64,000 bases of DNA from Rhynchopus sp. YZ270_cl-10. Its lineage: Eukaryota. Every line of letters begins with the position of its first letter. Within the stretch, counting starts at the first letter, position 1. The translations under genes were made by a program, and so were the position numbers. The DNA lies in NCBI GenBank assembly GCA_964035575.1, contig OZ037841.1, positions 620,001-684,000 of the forward strand, in the 5' to 3' direction. The notes under the pieces were generated by a model, which did not search any database, was not told the DNA's origin, and was given only the letters and a program-made list of their open reading frames with translations. Shown here piece after piece: positions 35,788 to 49,500 of the stretch.

Positions 35788-38648
35788 ACAACAGGAGAAA
35801 AGAAACCTGAAATGCGAAAAAAAAATACGAAAAATATGAAGGAAGAAAAAAAAACGCAAAGTACCACCTCCACAGATAACAGACATCTGTTATCGGCCTT
35901 AGTTAATAGAACCGGCGAGAGGAGCACTTCGTACACAAGGAAAGAAAGAAATAAAGAATGGAAAGATTGAAAAAGATGCACCATGTCTCACAGTGGACAC
36001 ACATACACATCTTTTACTATCGTAATCGCGCTGGAACACGCTGGGTTTTGAAGAATAGGCTGTCTCTTCGTCACAGAGACAGCTGTTCATACAAGGATAA
36101 GAAAGAGAGAGAAAAGCAAATGAAAGGTAAGATGACCCACATTCTTATAGCGCTTTTTGGCCACTATGAAACGTGAAAGGTGAGCGTGTATAATGAATGC
36201 ACTACCTTGGACAAAAAAAAAAAAAAAAGCGGGGCAGAAAGAGAGAGAGAGAGAGATTAAAAAAGCAAAAGATGGCGGGTATTACACCGCGTAAAGGCAC
36301 GGCAAAGAAGAAAGAAAAGTTTATAAGATGACCCTAAGCCTCTCGTGCTTAGTCGCCTTACGTTACCTCAGAGAAAAGGTTGTGAAGATGAGCCGAAGGT
36401 TCTCAGTCTTAGTCAAACCTTAAAAAAGTAAGAGAGTTGCGCGAAAATGACATTCGCCAGTTGATATTCCCCCGCAATGCTGCGTGATCGGATGGCAGCT
36501 GCATTGTCCCCATGCGATACGACACTTTGTTATTGACGATAATTCGTCAAAAAAAAGGGAAACAAAGTTTGACTTAAAATACAAAGCCCTCTCGTGAACA
36601 GTGTACTTTTGGTTTCATGGTGTACCGGGGGGTGGGATCCAACCATGCAGTCCTATCCTTCGTGGTTTACATCCGAAAAAAAAACAAACAAAAGAAGGAA
36701 AAACCCTAAGCCTTCCACGCTTAGTCAGTCACCTCCAAAAGAAGAGCGAGAGGTTGTGAACACGACATCTTACGCATGAGCGTGTTCAGCTGCATGACAG
36801 AAAACATTTAAAAAAATATAGAAGACCAATATTGGCACCTAAAGAAGGAAGTAAAGAAAAAAATTTCTAAAGATGCAGAAAAAACAAATATTGCTTTGAA
36901 ATACAAAGCCCTCTCATGACTGTGTACCTTGGTGCGACCAGCACTGCGGGGTGAACCCGAACCGAAGTTTAAAAAAAAAAACAGTTGTCCAATAAAAGAA
37001 ACTTGAAAAGATGGTTCTCGGGAGGTCTCGCTTGGGACACAAAAATAAAAATGACACAAATGAAATATGAGTGTGCTTCGCTACAGGAAACATTCGCAGG
37101 GTAATTATCCTGCATTTGATTTCAAAATCACATAAACATCTAAGCAGACCAAGAAAACCGGAAGACAAAAAAAGAATCATGACCATTATCTACATGGCAG
37201 CGATTAGTAGAGAGAGCATAATAGTTGCGAAGAAATTTTGATGTTAGACTATCACGGGATAGCCATGCTTTTCTTCACATACCATGATCCTCACAAGAGA
37301 GCAAATAGAAGAGAGATACCGTAAGAGTTGTTGAAACGTGCCAAAACACAGCTCATGCAAAGGGTGGGAAGTTCGAGTGTTCCGTAAGAGAACAGAGGCG
37401 GTTCACAACCGCTTGAAAAACACATCCCTTTCCCCCCTAAATGACCCATGATTTTGCACGATAGTTACCGTGGGGGCATAGCAGGGGACCCTCAGGGGGC
37501 AATCATTTGCACAGTTCGTCAATGCCATCCAGTGTCATCGCTTTGGTAGAGCGATTTGCCTTACGGCATCGGTTGACTCCTTACGTAGGGTAATAAAAGG
37601 GGGGAGTACTGCTCAATAATCAATACCTAATACTTAATCGAAATTTAAAAAAAAAACGTACCAAGAATTGATTCAAAAAAAGAAAATTTTGAAAAGATGA
37701 AATGTGCCTTTCGTGTCCTTTACACACGTTAAAAAAAAGAAAGGTTGGTACGATGAACCTGAGCCTCAGTCACCTTCAATTTTTTTCTTTTTGGAAGAAG
37801 AAAAACACAACACATATTTGACAGGAGAAATCGTAGGGGTTTTTTAGTACCACTCTCTCGATCTGCCCAGACCAGGAAATGGCCTTGGGGGGGTTTTTTT
37901 TTGGTGTTTCTCAAAAAAAGGTGAAGCTGATAGTGCAAAAAGCCTCTGGGATGCAGGCAGCTGGCACTCCGCGGGTTAAAAAAAAGGGGGAAACACCTCT
38001 ATAAAAATGCCGAGATTAACAAAGCAATCGCATGAGATGAACCTAGTGAAATGTTTTAGGTCACCTGAGACTCACCTCTCAGACCATGGCATTCCCTCAA
38101 TAAAACGGAGGGGATATTTGATAACTGAATGTGTGCAACGCGGGTTTTTTTTTGCACCCAGATCTGGCGAGATTCTCAGAAGGCAAAAAAAAAATGCAGT
38201 TAACGAGTACAAAAAAAAGGCGCCTCGTTTTTCCCCTGTACAATCCAACCTAAAAAAAGCATGACACAGCTTTTCCTGTGGACGAGAGGATCTCTGCAAA
38301 AAAGGCTGCAAGCATAATGATCGAACGGCATTGTGTTTTATTATGGGCAGTGAAACGAGGCAAAAAAAGGGGAGGCCTATTTTACCACTATCGTTATCGT
38401 GCGGGGAACACGCTGGGTTTGAAGTAAAAAAAAAAAAAAAAAAAAAGCAAAACAAAGCCCAAGAGAATCACTATGATGACCCCTCTCATCTACATCACCA
38501 AAAAAAAAAACAACACAAAAGAGGGGGGGGCGGCGGTGGCAAAACTGCACAAAAAAAGGGGGAGAAAATGGTAACTCATTCCAAATTCGTTCGAAGAAAA
38601 TCACAACAAAAATACTTCACGCCATTCGCATTACAACCCTCTTAAAAG

Positions 38649-38738
38649 AGAAGCTGAAAGTGCAAACGCCTCACCGGATCGGCGGACGCAGACACTGGTT
38701 CCCCCCGCGGGTTATCAAAAACCCCAGAGAGCACTTCA
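38649..38738 (-). repeat. Dispersed repeat, family D (representative)
   Basis: Plus strand AGAAGTTGAAAGTGCAAACGCCTC...GGGTTATCGAAACCCCAGAGCAC; copies near 2018, 2816, 6716, 7975, 13042, 13508, 25610, 26142, 37921, 39869, 62101. Confidence 0.8.
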
Positions 38739-38874
38739 GTTGGTATACAGCCCAAGTTTCTATTGTGTCGTTTTTAATTATGTCGGTTTACCCCCCTTCC
38801 GACACCCAAAAAACGACATTCAAGATGGGTTCTGCGTGCAAATGCCTCATCGAAGGGGTGGGTGGAGGGGTGGA

Positions 38875-39021
38875 CAGTGTTGGTTTAGTGCAGCACCCCA
38901 AAAGTTTAGCACAGTTTAGTACAGTTTAGTACAGTTTAGTACAGTTTAGTACAGTTTAGTACAGTTTAGTACAGTTTAGTACACCTGTTTTTTAACACCT
39001 GTATTAAACCTGCCAACACTG
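38875..39021. mobile_element. Small hAT-like MITE carrying an (ACAGTTTAGT)n array
   Basis: TIR CAGTGTTGG; flanks GGGGTGGA / GGGGCGGA (8 bp, one mismatch). Confidence 0.75.
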
Positions 39022-40124
39022 GGGGCGGAGGGGATAGAACGCACACCCCACCTAATAGAGACAGTAGGAAACCCTGGTCTGACATTTTTTTTTTTTGTTG
39101 TTGTTGTAATCGACAATCACTGTATACCTGAATAAAGATCTGTACTCAATGTTGTCTGAAACCCATTTCTTTTGATAGATACCCCACCAAAGTAGCTTCT
39201 GTACTACTGTCGCCTCGAAGGCATTTTTTTTTTTTTAGCTAATGTTTCGTTCGTTTGTTTATTTTCGTTCAAGGCGTCTCGCAACGGAGTTTTATTTTTC
39301 GTTTTTTTTTTGGTTAAAGGTGGAAGGGTTTAGTGGTCAAAACAAATATGGAATAAGTGAACACAACACACACAACTTGGGGCCATATTCTGCGCAAGAA
39401 TCACCCCCATTAGTTAATCAAACACACAACAATAGGGTGCAGACGGCGCGATTGCAAAGTTGATGGTACAAAAAATAAAAATATAATAAAAACGTCTCAG
39501 GGACGCAGGCACCGATGCTCTGTGGAATGTCAAACGGCTTTCTTCTGCAAGGAAGTGATCGGAATAACAGTAGGCACTAGATAAGTTTTTTTTTTCGTTA
39601 ATTGCACAATCCTCCTGTATCACAGTCATACAGAAAAACGTTGGCGGGGTAAAAAACATTGGTGGATTTGAGGTTCGGAAGAAAAAAGTAGTATTGTTGG
39701 TGTTCATCTTTTAAAACAACCAAGTTTTCCACAAAAAAAAAAAAAAAAAAAAAAAAAACCTCCAGGGTTTTTACCCTATCAACGTTTAACTGTTTGACTG
39801 TGGGTGTGATTGGCGACTGCGCCGTCAGAACTATCCTTTAAAGCAAACTTGTCGGATAATAAAAATGAAAGTTGTGAAGTACAAACGCCTCTGTGGATAC
39901 AGGCATCGGACAAAAAAAAATAATGGTCGTGTTGTTGGTTTTTGAAGACAGCACACGGTTAGATTTCTGAGCAAAACCGTGCGATAAATTCTGACTAAGA
40001 GAAAAAATGCTTTTATAAGGAACACTCTGGCTGCAGTGTGATGTGTCTAAGAGACCGTGACAGAGATGAGACGTTTAGGAACTTTGGGGGGAAAAAACTT
40101 ACAGTACTCTAAATATGTTTGTCG

Positions 40125-40333
40125 TCCAAAAAAGATCGGGTCTTTTGTTTGTGCGCTCAAAGCCGGGAAAACAAAAAGGTGAACAAATGTGTTAAACTGA
40201 AGTACGGTTGTTGTGGTTAATTGAGTACTCAAAGAAAACAAGCAAGCTTCTGTTTTTTTCAATCCGTTTTGTTTGCCCTGCAGCGCTGCCTCCAATCTTT
40301 TTAGAATTGACAACAAGTTGTTTTATCAAAAAA
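40125..40333. repeat. About 205-bp dispersed repeat, near-identical copy at about 63426-63633
   Basis: Direct match from CAAAAAAGATCGGGTCTTTTG to GTTGTTTTATCAAAAAAA. Confidence 0.85.
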
Positions 40334-42136
40334 AAGTCGCTAAATCAACTACACCAAAACCTTTAAATCCGCCTTATTTGAATCAATATATTTGGAGTAC
40401 TGTAATGAACCCCGGAGTGTAGCACTAGAGTTGCTGACAGGGAAAACTGTAAGCAGGGTTGTAGTGTTGACACTCAATGTGTCCCACACTTTTTGTTCGC
40501 CAATCATTTTGTTTTTTTTATTTGAAATATATTTATTTTCATCTATTGGTGTAGAGAGTGTGACATAAGTACAGGCACCGTGGGTGTGTGCCAAAATAGA
40601 CATTGTCGCTAATCGTCGCTGCCCTGATAAATTACACAATATTTTGAAATAAAAACCCATTTTCCATCTAGAGTTTTATTGTTCACTTTGTCAAAATCTC
40701 TTTGTTTTTCTCTTTGTCTATTTTTCCTGCATTTTTTATTCTCTTCTTTGTACTTTCTTTTGTTTTGGTCGTTGTTAGATAAGCTCAATCGCCTATCGAG
40801 TTCTGTGAATAGCACGGAACTCCTTTTCATGTGTATCCATGGAAATCAGTATCATATGTGATACCGGGGAAAAAAATGTAAGATGACCCTAAGCCTTTCT
40901 GTGCTTAGGGTCACCTTCACAATAGAGAAAAATAAAAAAATGAAAGTGGGAGTGCTGAAGAAGAACACCCTAACTGGCCTCTGTCAGTGTGGAGTAGTTC
41001 CTGCAATGACAGGAGGCCAACAATTGGTAGTACACTGGAGCCCAAAGCGGAAGCTGTGGAAGAAGAGAAAAAAAATATCGGGTCTTTGTTTGTGCGCTCG
41101 CCGGGGCGTAACAAAAAATGGAAAAAGTGTACACTAAACTGCAATTAATGTTGGTGTCTGTGAATTCAAAATGAATCGCAACAAAAAAAATTGCAATGAT
41201 TTTGTTCTCCGTTTCTTTTCTTGATAAATTGTTGGAGTAGTGTAGTTGCCTCGGGTTGTGTTGCCACAGTTTGTGCAATCTACACTGTAGTGTTTCTTTT
41301 TCCCCCTGCCCAAAAAAAACGCTTGCCTCCAATCATTTTAGTACTGACAACTCAAAGATGTTGTTATCAGGGGCTCCGCTACCGTATAAAGTTCTGTTGC
41401 GGCGCAACAGAAGTCTGAAAATTTTCAAAAAAAAAAAAAAAAAAAAAAAAAAACCTAATGAGTCAACACTACACCTAGGTGCCGGCCTATTACTCGTCTA
41501 GTAGGCAAGGGGGAAGTACAGACACCACCGCAGCCAGGACACCTCCCTGAGGCTCTTTACAATGATGAGAATATTAACCAAAACCCCACACCAAGTGTGA
41601 CTCTCACTCACACCGCTGGCGGGCACACTTCGGCACGTGCCTGTGAGGGCTGCCCTGATTGATCTTCCCAGTAACTAGCGAATGCTGCCTGAGTATAAAA
41701 AAAACCATGGTTGAACCACGAGAGTACCATGGGGAACTGGGTTGCTGACCGCACCATCCAGGCTGTACCTCAATTTTTTTTGCCTGCGGCGCCATTTTTC
41801 CTTTTTTGCTCCGCAAAAAATGATTCGATGTGTGACTCTGTGCTGTAAAAAGCTAGATTTTTACACTGTACCCTAAATTTTTTTTTCGCCTGCGGCGCCA
41901 TTTGTTTGATTTTTTTTTTGCTTCGGGAAGCCTCTTTTTTACTTTCAACGGATGACATCCGTCCGATTTTGAGAAACCCCCCCTCTCCCCCCCCGGAGAA
42001 GATTGTAAATTTGGCAACCTGAAGTTTTCGGCTTTTGGACAGACGTAAAAAAATTCGAAAACCAGCGGAAGTGGATTTCCGAGCTCCCCGCTTTTCACCA
42101 CAAAAAAAATCGACCACTTTAGTGGAGTAGAAGTTA

Positions 42137-42581
42137 CTGGGGGGGGCCGAATAAACGAGGTAATTCGAATAAAGCACGTACGTCGAATAAAGCACGCATT
42201 TGAAAAATGGGATTTTTGCTTTTTTTTGCGTCGAATAAAGCACGTACGTGCTTTATTCGACTTTTTGAACTTTTCCTGTGTTGTGACAAGGTAGTTCGTA
42301 TTTTGTGAAAATTTAAGTCGCTGAAATTTTGTCCATTTTTCCGAATATGCCCCACCACAAGCCGGGATTGGCTCGGAAATGCAGCAAAATCACCTCTTGG
42401 GCGAAAAAAAATCGAAAAAAAAATTGCGACTGGAAAAACTTTCCAAAAAGTTCAAAAAGGCGAATAAAGCACGTACGTGCTTTATTCGCCTTTTCGAACT
42501 TTTTTTTTTTTTAAAACCTCAGGATCTGAAGTGTAGGGACGCCTAATAAAACACGTACGTGCTTTATTCGACCCCCCCCAG
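42137..42581. mobile_element. Tc1/mariner-like MITE
   Basis: TIR CTGGGGGGGG(C/T)CGAATAAA, TA both sides; repeated palindrome CGAATAAAGCACGTACGTGCTTTATTCG. Confidence 0.85.
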
Positions 42582-42597
42582 TAATTTAAAGTGGCTC

Positions 42598-43374
42598 CAG
42601 TACACAGTACACAGTACACAGTACACAGTACACAGTACACAGTACACAGTACACAGTACACAGTACACAGTACACAGTACACAGTACACAGTACACAGTA
42701 CACAGTACACAGTACACAGTACACAGTACACAGTACACAGTACACAGTACACAGTACACAGTACACAGTACACAGTACACAGTACACAGTACACAGTACA
42801 CAGTACACAGTACACAGTACACAGTACACAGTACACAGTACACAGTACACAGTACACAGTACACAGTACACAGTACACAGTACACAGTACACAGTACACA
42901 GTACACAGTACACAGTACACAGTACACAGTACACAGTACACAGTACACAGTACACAGTACACAGTACACAGTACACAGTACACAGTACACAGTACACAGT
43001 ACACAGTACACAGTACACAGTACACAGTACACAGTACACAGTACACAGTACACAGTACACAGTACACAGTACACAGTACACAGTACACAGTACACAGTAC
43101 ACAGTACACAGTACACAGTACACAGTACACAGTACACAGTACACAGTACACAGTACACAGTACACAGTACACAGTACACAGTACACAGTACACAGTACAC
43201 AGTACACAGTACACAGTACACAGTACACAGTACACAGTACACAGTACACAGTACACAGTACACAGTACACAGTACACAGTACACAGTACACAGTACACAG
43301 TACACAGTACACAGTACACAGTACACAGTACACAGTACACAGTACACAGTACACAGTACACAGTACACAGTACA
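42598..43374. repeat. (CAGTACA)n 7-bp tandem array
   Basis: About 111 perfect units. Confidence 0.97.
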
Positions 43375-46300
43375 GTGAAGTCAATTTAAAGGCTCCATGG
43401 GTCTTTATACAGTAACGTATAGGGGTCGGCTCCACCAAAAGTTGCGTACCGTGGAGTGTGTTCCTGAATAAAAAAAATGGTCGGAATTGAAAGATTCGTA
43501 AAAAAAAAATCCAAAGGAAAAAAATCGAAAACCTTCTTCAAAAGAAATCCAACTTAGAGACGCCACTGTGCTGCGACCCAAAGAGGAGGTTTTCTTAAGG
43601 AATTCCTTAAGAAACCTGCGTAGAAACGTTCCCAAAGGGGGTACCACAGCCAAAAATCACCTAACCATCCACAGAGGCATAAAAAAAATCGTGCGACCCC
43701 GGAATTGAACGTTTTCGTAACCGATCTTTCCAAATAAATAAAATTCGAAAAAAAAATTTTTTGAAGAAAATTCATAAAATCCATGTGACCACGGTTTTGT
43801 ACTAGACCCCCCCGTTGCCAAATTACCAAACTTGTCCGCTCACCCCCCCCGGAGACCCCCCCCCTCCCCCCCCGGATGACATCCGTTGAAAGTAAAAAAG
43901 AGGCTTCCCTTCGCAAAAAAAAATACAGTTCCCTATGTTCCCAATGTCCCTGGTCAGCAGTGCTGAAAAATTTTTGGGCACAAAAATAGCTGACCCCCCT
44001 ATTTTGAAATCTGAATCCCTGGATAAGACACTGGCGCAGGGTGAAAAAAAACCCCGCAACAGAACTCAAAAAAAATCTGAAAACGTAGCGGAGGGGCTGG
44101 TTGTTATGTCAAAAAAAAAAAAAAAAAAAAACTGAACGTAACGTTATACCAACTGATCTGCCCTTACTACTCTACACTATGTCTTTTTCCGTACGCAGTG
44201 CACGTAGTGTATGCAACAATGTGTCTTGTTGCAGCACTTTGTGAATGCAACACAAAAGCAAAATCAATGTACTATCAACCCAAGCTCTAGGTAGCTCCCG
44301 TTAATAAAGTGAGTCTCGTAATTTTGCAATACTTAAAACCAACTCAAAATAGAATGCTGTGAATCGTTAAGGGGGAGGAGGAGGAGGAAGGGGAGAAATG
44401 AAGCCCTGAAAGATGAATGTACCTCTCTGGGCCCAGGCATCGACTGAAAATATTTCTTTTTTTTTTTTTTTTTTTTTCCCTTTCATTTCTGGGTTCCGTC
44501 GGTAATACAATCTCGACCAGCTTTTCTTTAAAAAAAATCGTTTTTTGTTCGTTTTTAAAGAAATGATTAAAATAATGAAAGGGTTGCCCATTGGCATCTC
44601 CTGTTTTGTTTTTCGTTCGTTTAAAAGAAGAAATAGAAGTTGAAAAGTGCAAAGAAAGAAATGTAAGATGGGTCTAATCATGGTTAGTCACCTTACTTCT
44701 TCTTTTAGAATCGTCAATGGCATGGCAGAAGGTTACTCCCCTCGTTGTGTTTCCCTTACATAACGTAAGACGAAGGGGTGGGGTGTTGATTGCAACAAAG
44801 AGGGAGGGAGGCAAATACATCCGTATTTAGTTTTTTTTTGTTGTTGATAAATTGTTGGAGTAGTGTAGTTGCCTCGGTTGTGTTGCCACAGTTGTGCAAT
44901 CTCCACTTTCCAGTTTTGTAGGTGGGTGGAAATAGTGTAGTCGATGTGTCCACAATTTGCTCACAAATATTTTTTTTAAAAAACTGTTTCAATAAAATTA
45001 CCTGTGCTCGGACGGGTTCTGTACACAAAGTCGCCCGAAGGCTAATGAAAAGCAAAAAAAAATGGAAGAAAAAAAAAAGAAAAAAAAAGCAAAATTGTTT
45101 TGAAAAAAAAGATAGTGTGGAGTTACAAAGCTTGGTATTCGTGTAGGCACTCGAGGATGCGCTCCGCTATACCACGTTTTTTTTTTTCTTCCTTTTTGAA
45201 AAATTGTTGGAATAGTGTAGTTGCCCCATGTGCAAGCTACACTGTCTTTTTTTTTGAGGAATCGCTGCAATTTTTTTTCCCGGAAGAACTTTTCCATTAC
45301 TAAATTGCAAAATGCGAATTACTCCGAACGTAATATCAAAAATACAAAAGAAAATAGTCAAATAAAGAAAATTGCATCGTCCACCAGCCAAACAATCTCA
45401 CTTCATTGGCAAACAAGCGTGGTCTGGTACTAAAAAAACATGTACAGACCGACAATTAGATAAGATTGCAGGCTGGCGAAATAAGGCGAAATGCAAAAAA
45501 AATGGGTCTCATACCAATGTACATTCAATGAATTGAAAGTGCAGATATGCAAAAATAACATAAAAACAAAATTAGAAGGTGAACCTGAAGCCACTACTGG
45601 CAGGATCAACCAGGTTTCTTGCTCACCTTACTCCAAAAAAATCAGAACAAAACAAAATAAATTTCAAATTTTCTTTTATGTAAACAATACAAAGGACGGA
45701 AAGGCAGGTTATGTCAGGAAAGGGGGAAATCAATGAGGGGATACCTTCGGGGACTAACATCTGTTCACAAAAAAGGGCTTTCTCAAACCCAGTTTTTATT
45801 ATTTTTTTTTGTTCTTCACAGATCTTAACCCAGCAAGTTGGAAACACTTAAAAAAAAAAAAGAAGAAAAACACAAAGAGGACTGTTCCCTCTAACCGAAC
45901 CTACCGTAGGGTATTGTGCAAAAGGTAGAAGACAAAGAAAACTTGAAAGATGTATGCACTTATTGTGTGCACACATCTGAAAGAAAAGAAAGAAGAAAAA
46001 AAAGTTTATAAGATGAACCTAAGCCTCTCGTGCTTCACCTTGATCGAAAACTTTTTAAAAAATGTGAAATATGTCTCTCGGACACGGATCAGAAAAAAAT
46101 GGCCAGTTACGCACAGTGCTGATGTTAGTAAATTTAACACCAATGCACTTTTTTGACTAAAAGAAAAGAGAGAAATTTTTGGAAAAGATGACCCTAAGCC
46201 CCTCACCTTAGCCAACTTCGAAAATGCCTTACAACTTATACTTTTCGGCAATTCTTAAGGATTCATGTGGCTTCTGCCAACACCCTTTTTTTGAGAAACA

Positions 46301-46541
46301 AAAGCAAAAAAAGCAAACAAATGTTAAAGGTGCAAACTCGCACTCTGACGAAGACACACCGGACCTCCGTTCACAATCCACCTGGAGACCGCCAAAAAAA
46401 AAACCCCCTCCCTCCAGGACGGTGCATCCGAAGACAGTATGAGCACACACACCTGACTCCATCAGATTATAAACGATAACTATTACTGGGTAAAAACCCT
46501 CGGGAGAATTCCTCCCTCCCCAAAAAACCCCCCCCTCTCAC

Positions 46542-49500
46542 CTACACACTCAAGGCATACTCGCCCCCAGGGTTTGACCCAAGCGATCCATTCGCTGAGG
46601 CACGTCCTAGGTTGACGAGCGACATATCACTGCCGCCGGTGTTCCGTCGCCTCGGTGATTCCGAGAGCGAGGACCGTACACGCCCTGCCGCCCTGCCCTT
46701 AGGGGTGTACGCCTGCGACGAGCGGCCGAGAACACTTTCCGCAAAGGAGGTGTTTGCCGCAGAGTTCGCTGTGGAGTTGCTACGTACCTTGGGGCTGAGA
46801 GGCGACGCTCCGTTGCGGGGTGACACTGCATGCAGTGAGTTCGGTGTAGATAGGAACACTGGCATCGTGTACGCACCCAGCACCTCGCCCTCAGCGTTCC
46901 CTATTGAGACACTCCGTGGGGTCAGCATCCCCGACCCTGCCGGCTGCGTATCCCCAAGCACGCCCAACTCTGAGTAGCTGTACTCCTCTGCTGCCTCGTT
47001 TTCCAACAAACTCAGTTCGTTTGCTGCGAGCAAATCTGCCTGCGCACCGCTCCTCCGCCCGGTGACCAGGATGTACAACTCCGACACCACATCTGCGACA
47101 AGCTTCAACGCCAGAAGCACTGCACAGACCAGCAGAAGCTTGCCCCCTGCACGGTACACAATATGATCAGTATCCTCTAGATAATGCCCTGCGGCCTCAA
47201 GCAACATGGCAAATGCTTGCACAGCGTAGAGCAGCACAAAGGTGGCCACATCACGCTGTCTCGCATGCGGAGCGAGACAGCCTTCCAAGGCACCAAGCGT
47301 TAGGAAAACGAGGCTCTGAGAGACACGCATATGTCCGCACCCGATGTGCGACTGTGGGAAGGTTGCATGCATAGCAGACACAGCAAAGCTTGCGACCAGC
47401 TCTAATACACCAAACCACACTGTGCTCTGCGCGAAGCAGAGCATCACACAGGAGTACCGCTGCACCCACATCTTCCCCTCGGAAGCATTCGCCCATTCCC
47501 CTGGTCCCAGGCAGAACTCTACCATCCTGCGTTGCGGGGCCACGACGTAGTACGTTGCCTTGTCTGGAACAAAAGCAACCAAGCGCTTCATAATAGCAAA
47601 CGGCACCACCACACACACCGACAGCACCACAGCACCCGCTACCAGCACTGCGACCACCCCCTGCCACTCCATCATCATCCACATCGCAGCGAGAGACGTC
47701 CCCTGAAACAGCACGTTGAACACAAAGAGCGGTGCGGACGGCAGGCGCAACATTCCTTGCACATCCGCTTTTTCGAAGTAATCAGGTTTGACCACACGCC
47801 CAACGAAAGACACAATCTGGTGAGCCGAGAGACAGAGCAGTGCGAACCCTGCCAGCAGGGCGACATTACCGAGTACTGCGCCAGCAACTTCGCTTCCATT
47901 CAGCATGATGCCTGTGGGGTGCATCGTGCGCGAGAGACGTCTACCCTCAGGCAGCCCCACGATACAGCGGTGTGCCACAAGCGAGAGACGCATTGCTGCT
48001 GTCGAGGTCGTCCCGCCACTCAGAATCGATACAAGTCCTTCAATCCCTGCCACCACCACCACCACATCCTCTGTACCATGGTCCTCCTCATCCACAGCCG
48101 CATATCTGTTGATAGCAGCCGCCCCATCAAGAGAAGCAGGAGAGGCAGAAGAGGGCGGTGCGGGAGAGGGCGCAGGCACAGCAGTGTCCGGAACAAACGA
48201 AACCGCAACCTTCGGCGCCACAGTGCGTGCCCTTGGGGTGTATGTGCCCGATACTGTGGGGGGTGCGTCTGTCTGTGGGGTTCCTGTGGTGGGGGGCGGT
48301 GGTGGTGTCTGTGGCACCTCTGTCGCGGTGTTGCGAGGCGGTGCTGATGTGGACCGTGGTGTGAACGTCGCACGGAGCAGGTCGGGTGAGACGGTGCGTG
48401 CGAGTGGCGGGAGTGTCGGTGCTGATGTGGGCAGTGGTGTCTCAGGCTGGACGGTGGCAGGTGACTGGGTCAGAGGTGCAGTAGTAAGGGGTGCTCGTGT
48501 TGCGGGTGTGTCGGTGAAGGGTGACAGCGTGAGTGGCGGAGGTGTGAGTGGTGACTGGGTCAGAGGTGCAGTCGTGAGGGGTGCTGATGTGGCGGGTGCA
48601 TTGGTAAGTGGTGACAACGTCAGTGGTGCTGGTGTAAGCGGCACAGCCGTGAGAGGTGCGGTTGTCAGTGGTGCTGCCGTTGCGGGTGCATCGGTAAGTG
48701 GTGTGGTGGTTAGTGGTGACTCTGTCAACGGAGTGGGTGTAAGTGGCGCAGTTGTCAGGGGTGCTGGTGTTGCGGGTGCGTCCGTGGATGGAGTCTCTGT
48801 CAATGGTGCAGGTGTGAGCGGTGCAGTCGTGAGTGGTGACTGGGTCAGAGGTGCGGTTGTGAGGGGTGCTGATGTGGCGGGTGCGTCGGTAAGTGGTGAC
48901 GACGTCAGTGATGCACTTGTCGGCGGTGCTGACGTTGGTGGCGCACTGGTTGGTGGAGTGCTTGTCGGCGGTGATGGCGTAGGCGGCGACGGAGTCAATG
49001 GTGCTGGGGTTGGTGGTGAATCAGTCACTGGAGTTAGTGGCGATGGTGTTGGCGGTGATGGTGTGGGTGGTGATGGAGTCACTGGTGACGGTGTTGGAGG
49101 TGACGGTGTTGGAGGTGAAGATGTTGGTGGCGAAGGTGTGGGTGGTGAAGGAGTCACTGGTGATGGTGTCGGTGGTGAAGCTGTTGGCGGTGATGGGGTC
49201 ACAGGTGCCGGAGTTGCGGGTGCCGGAGTAGGAGGCGAGAAGGTCACAGGTGCCGGAGTCGGCGGTGAAAGGGTCGCCGGCGTCGGTGTAGGTGGTGAAG
49301 GTGTGACAGGTGCAGGTGTCGGAGGAGAAGGGGTCACAGGAGCCGGGGTCGGTGGCGACGGTGTGACGGGTGCCGGTGTTGGTGGTGAAGGTGTGATAGG
49401 TGCAGGTGTCACTGGTGACGGTGTTGGAGGTGAAGGCGTTAGTGGACTGGGTGTCGGCGGCGACGGTGTAGGCGGTGCAGGCGTCGGTGGACTGGGTGTA

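Noticed and set aside
42482..43438. ORFs with YCVLCTV repeats
   Set aside because: 7-bp satellite artefact
46006..46045. Family A read as a peptide end KVTKHERLRFIL-stop
   Set aside because: Copies carry frequent frame-breaking indels and lack upstream ORFs
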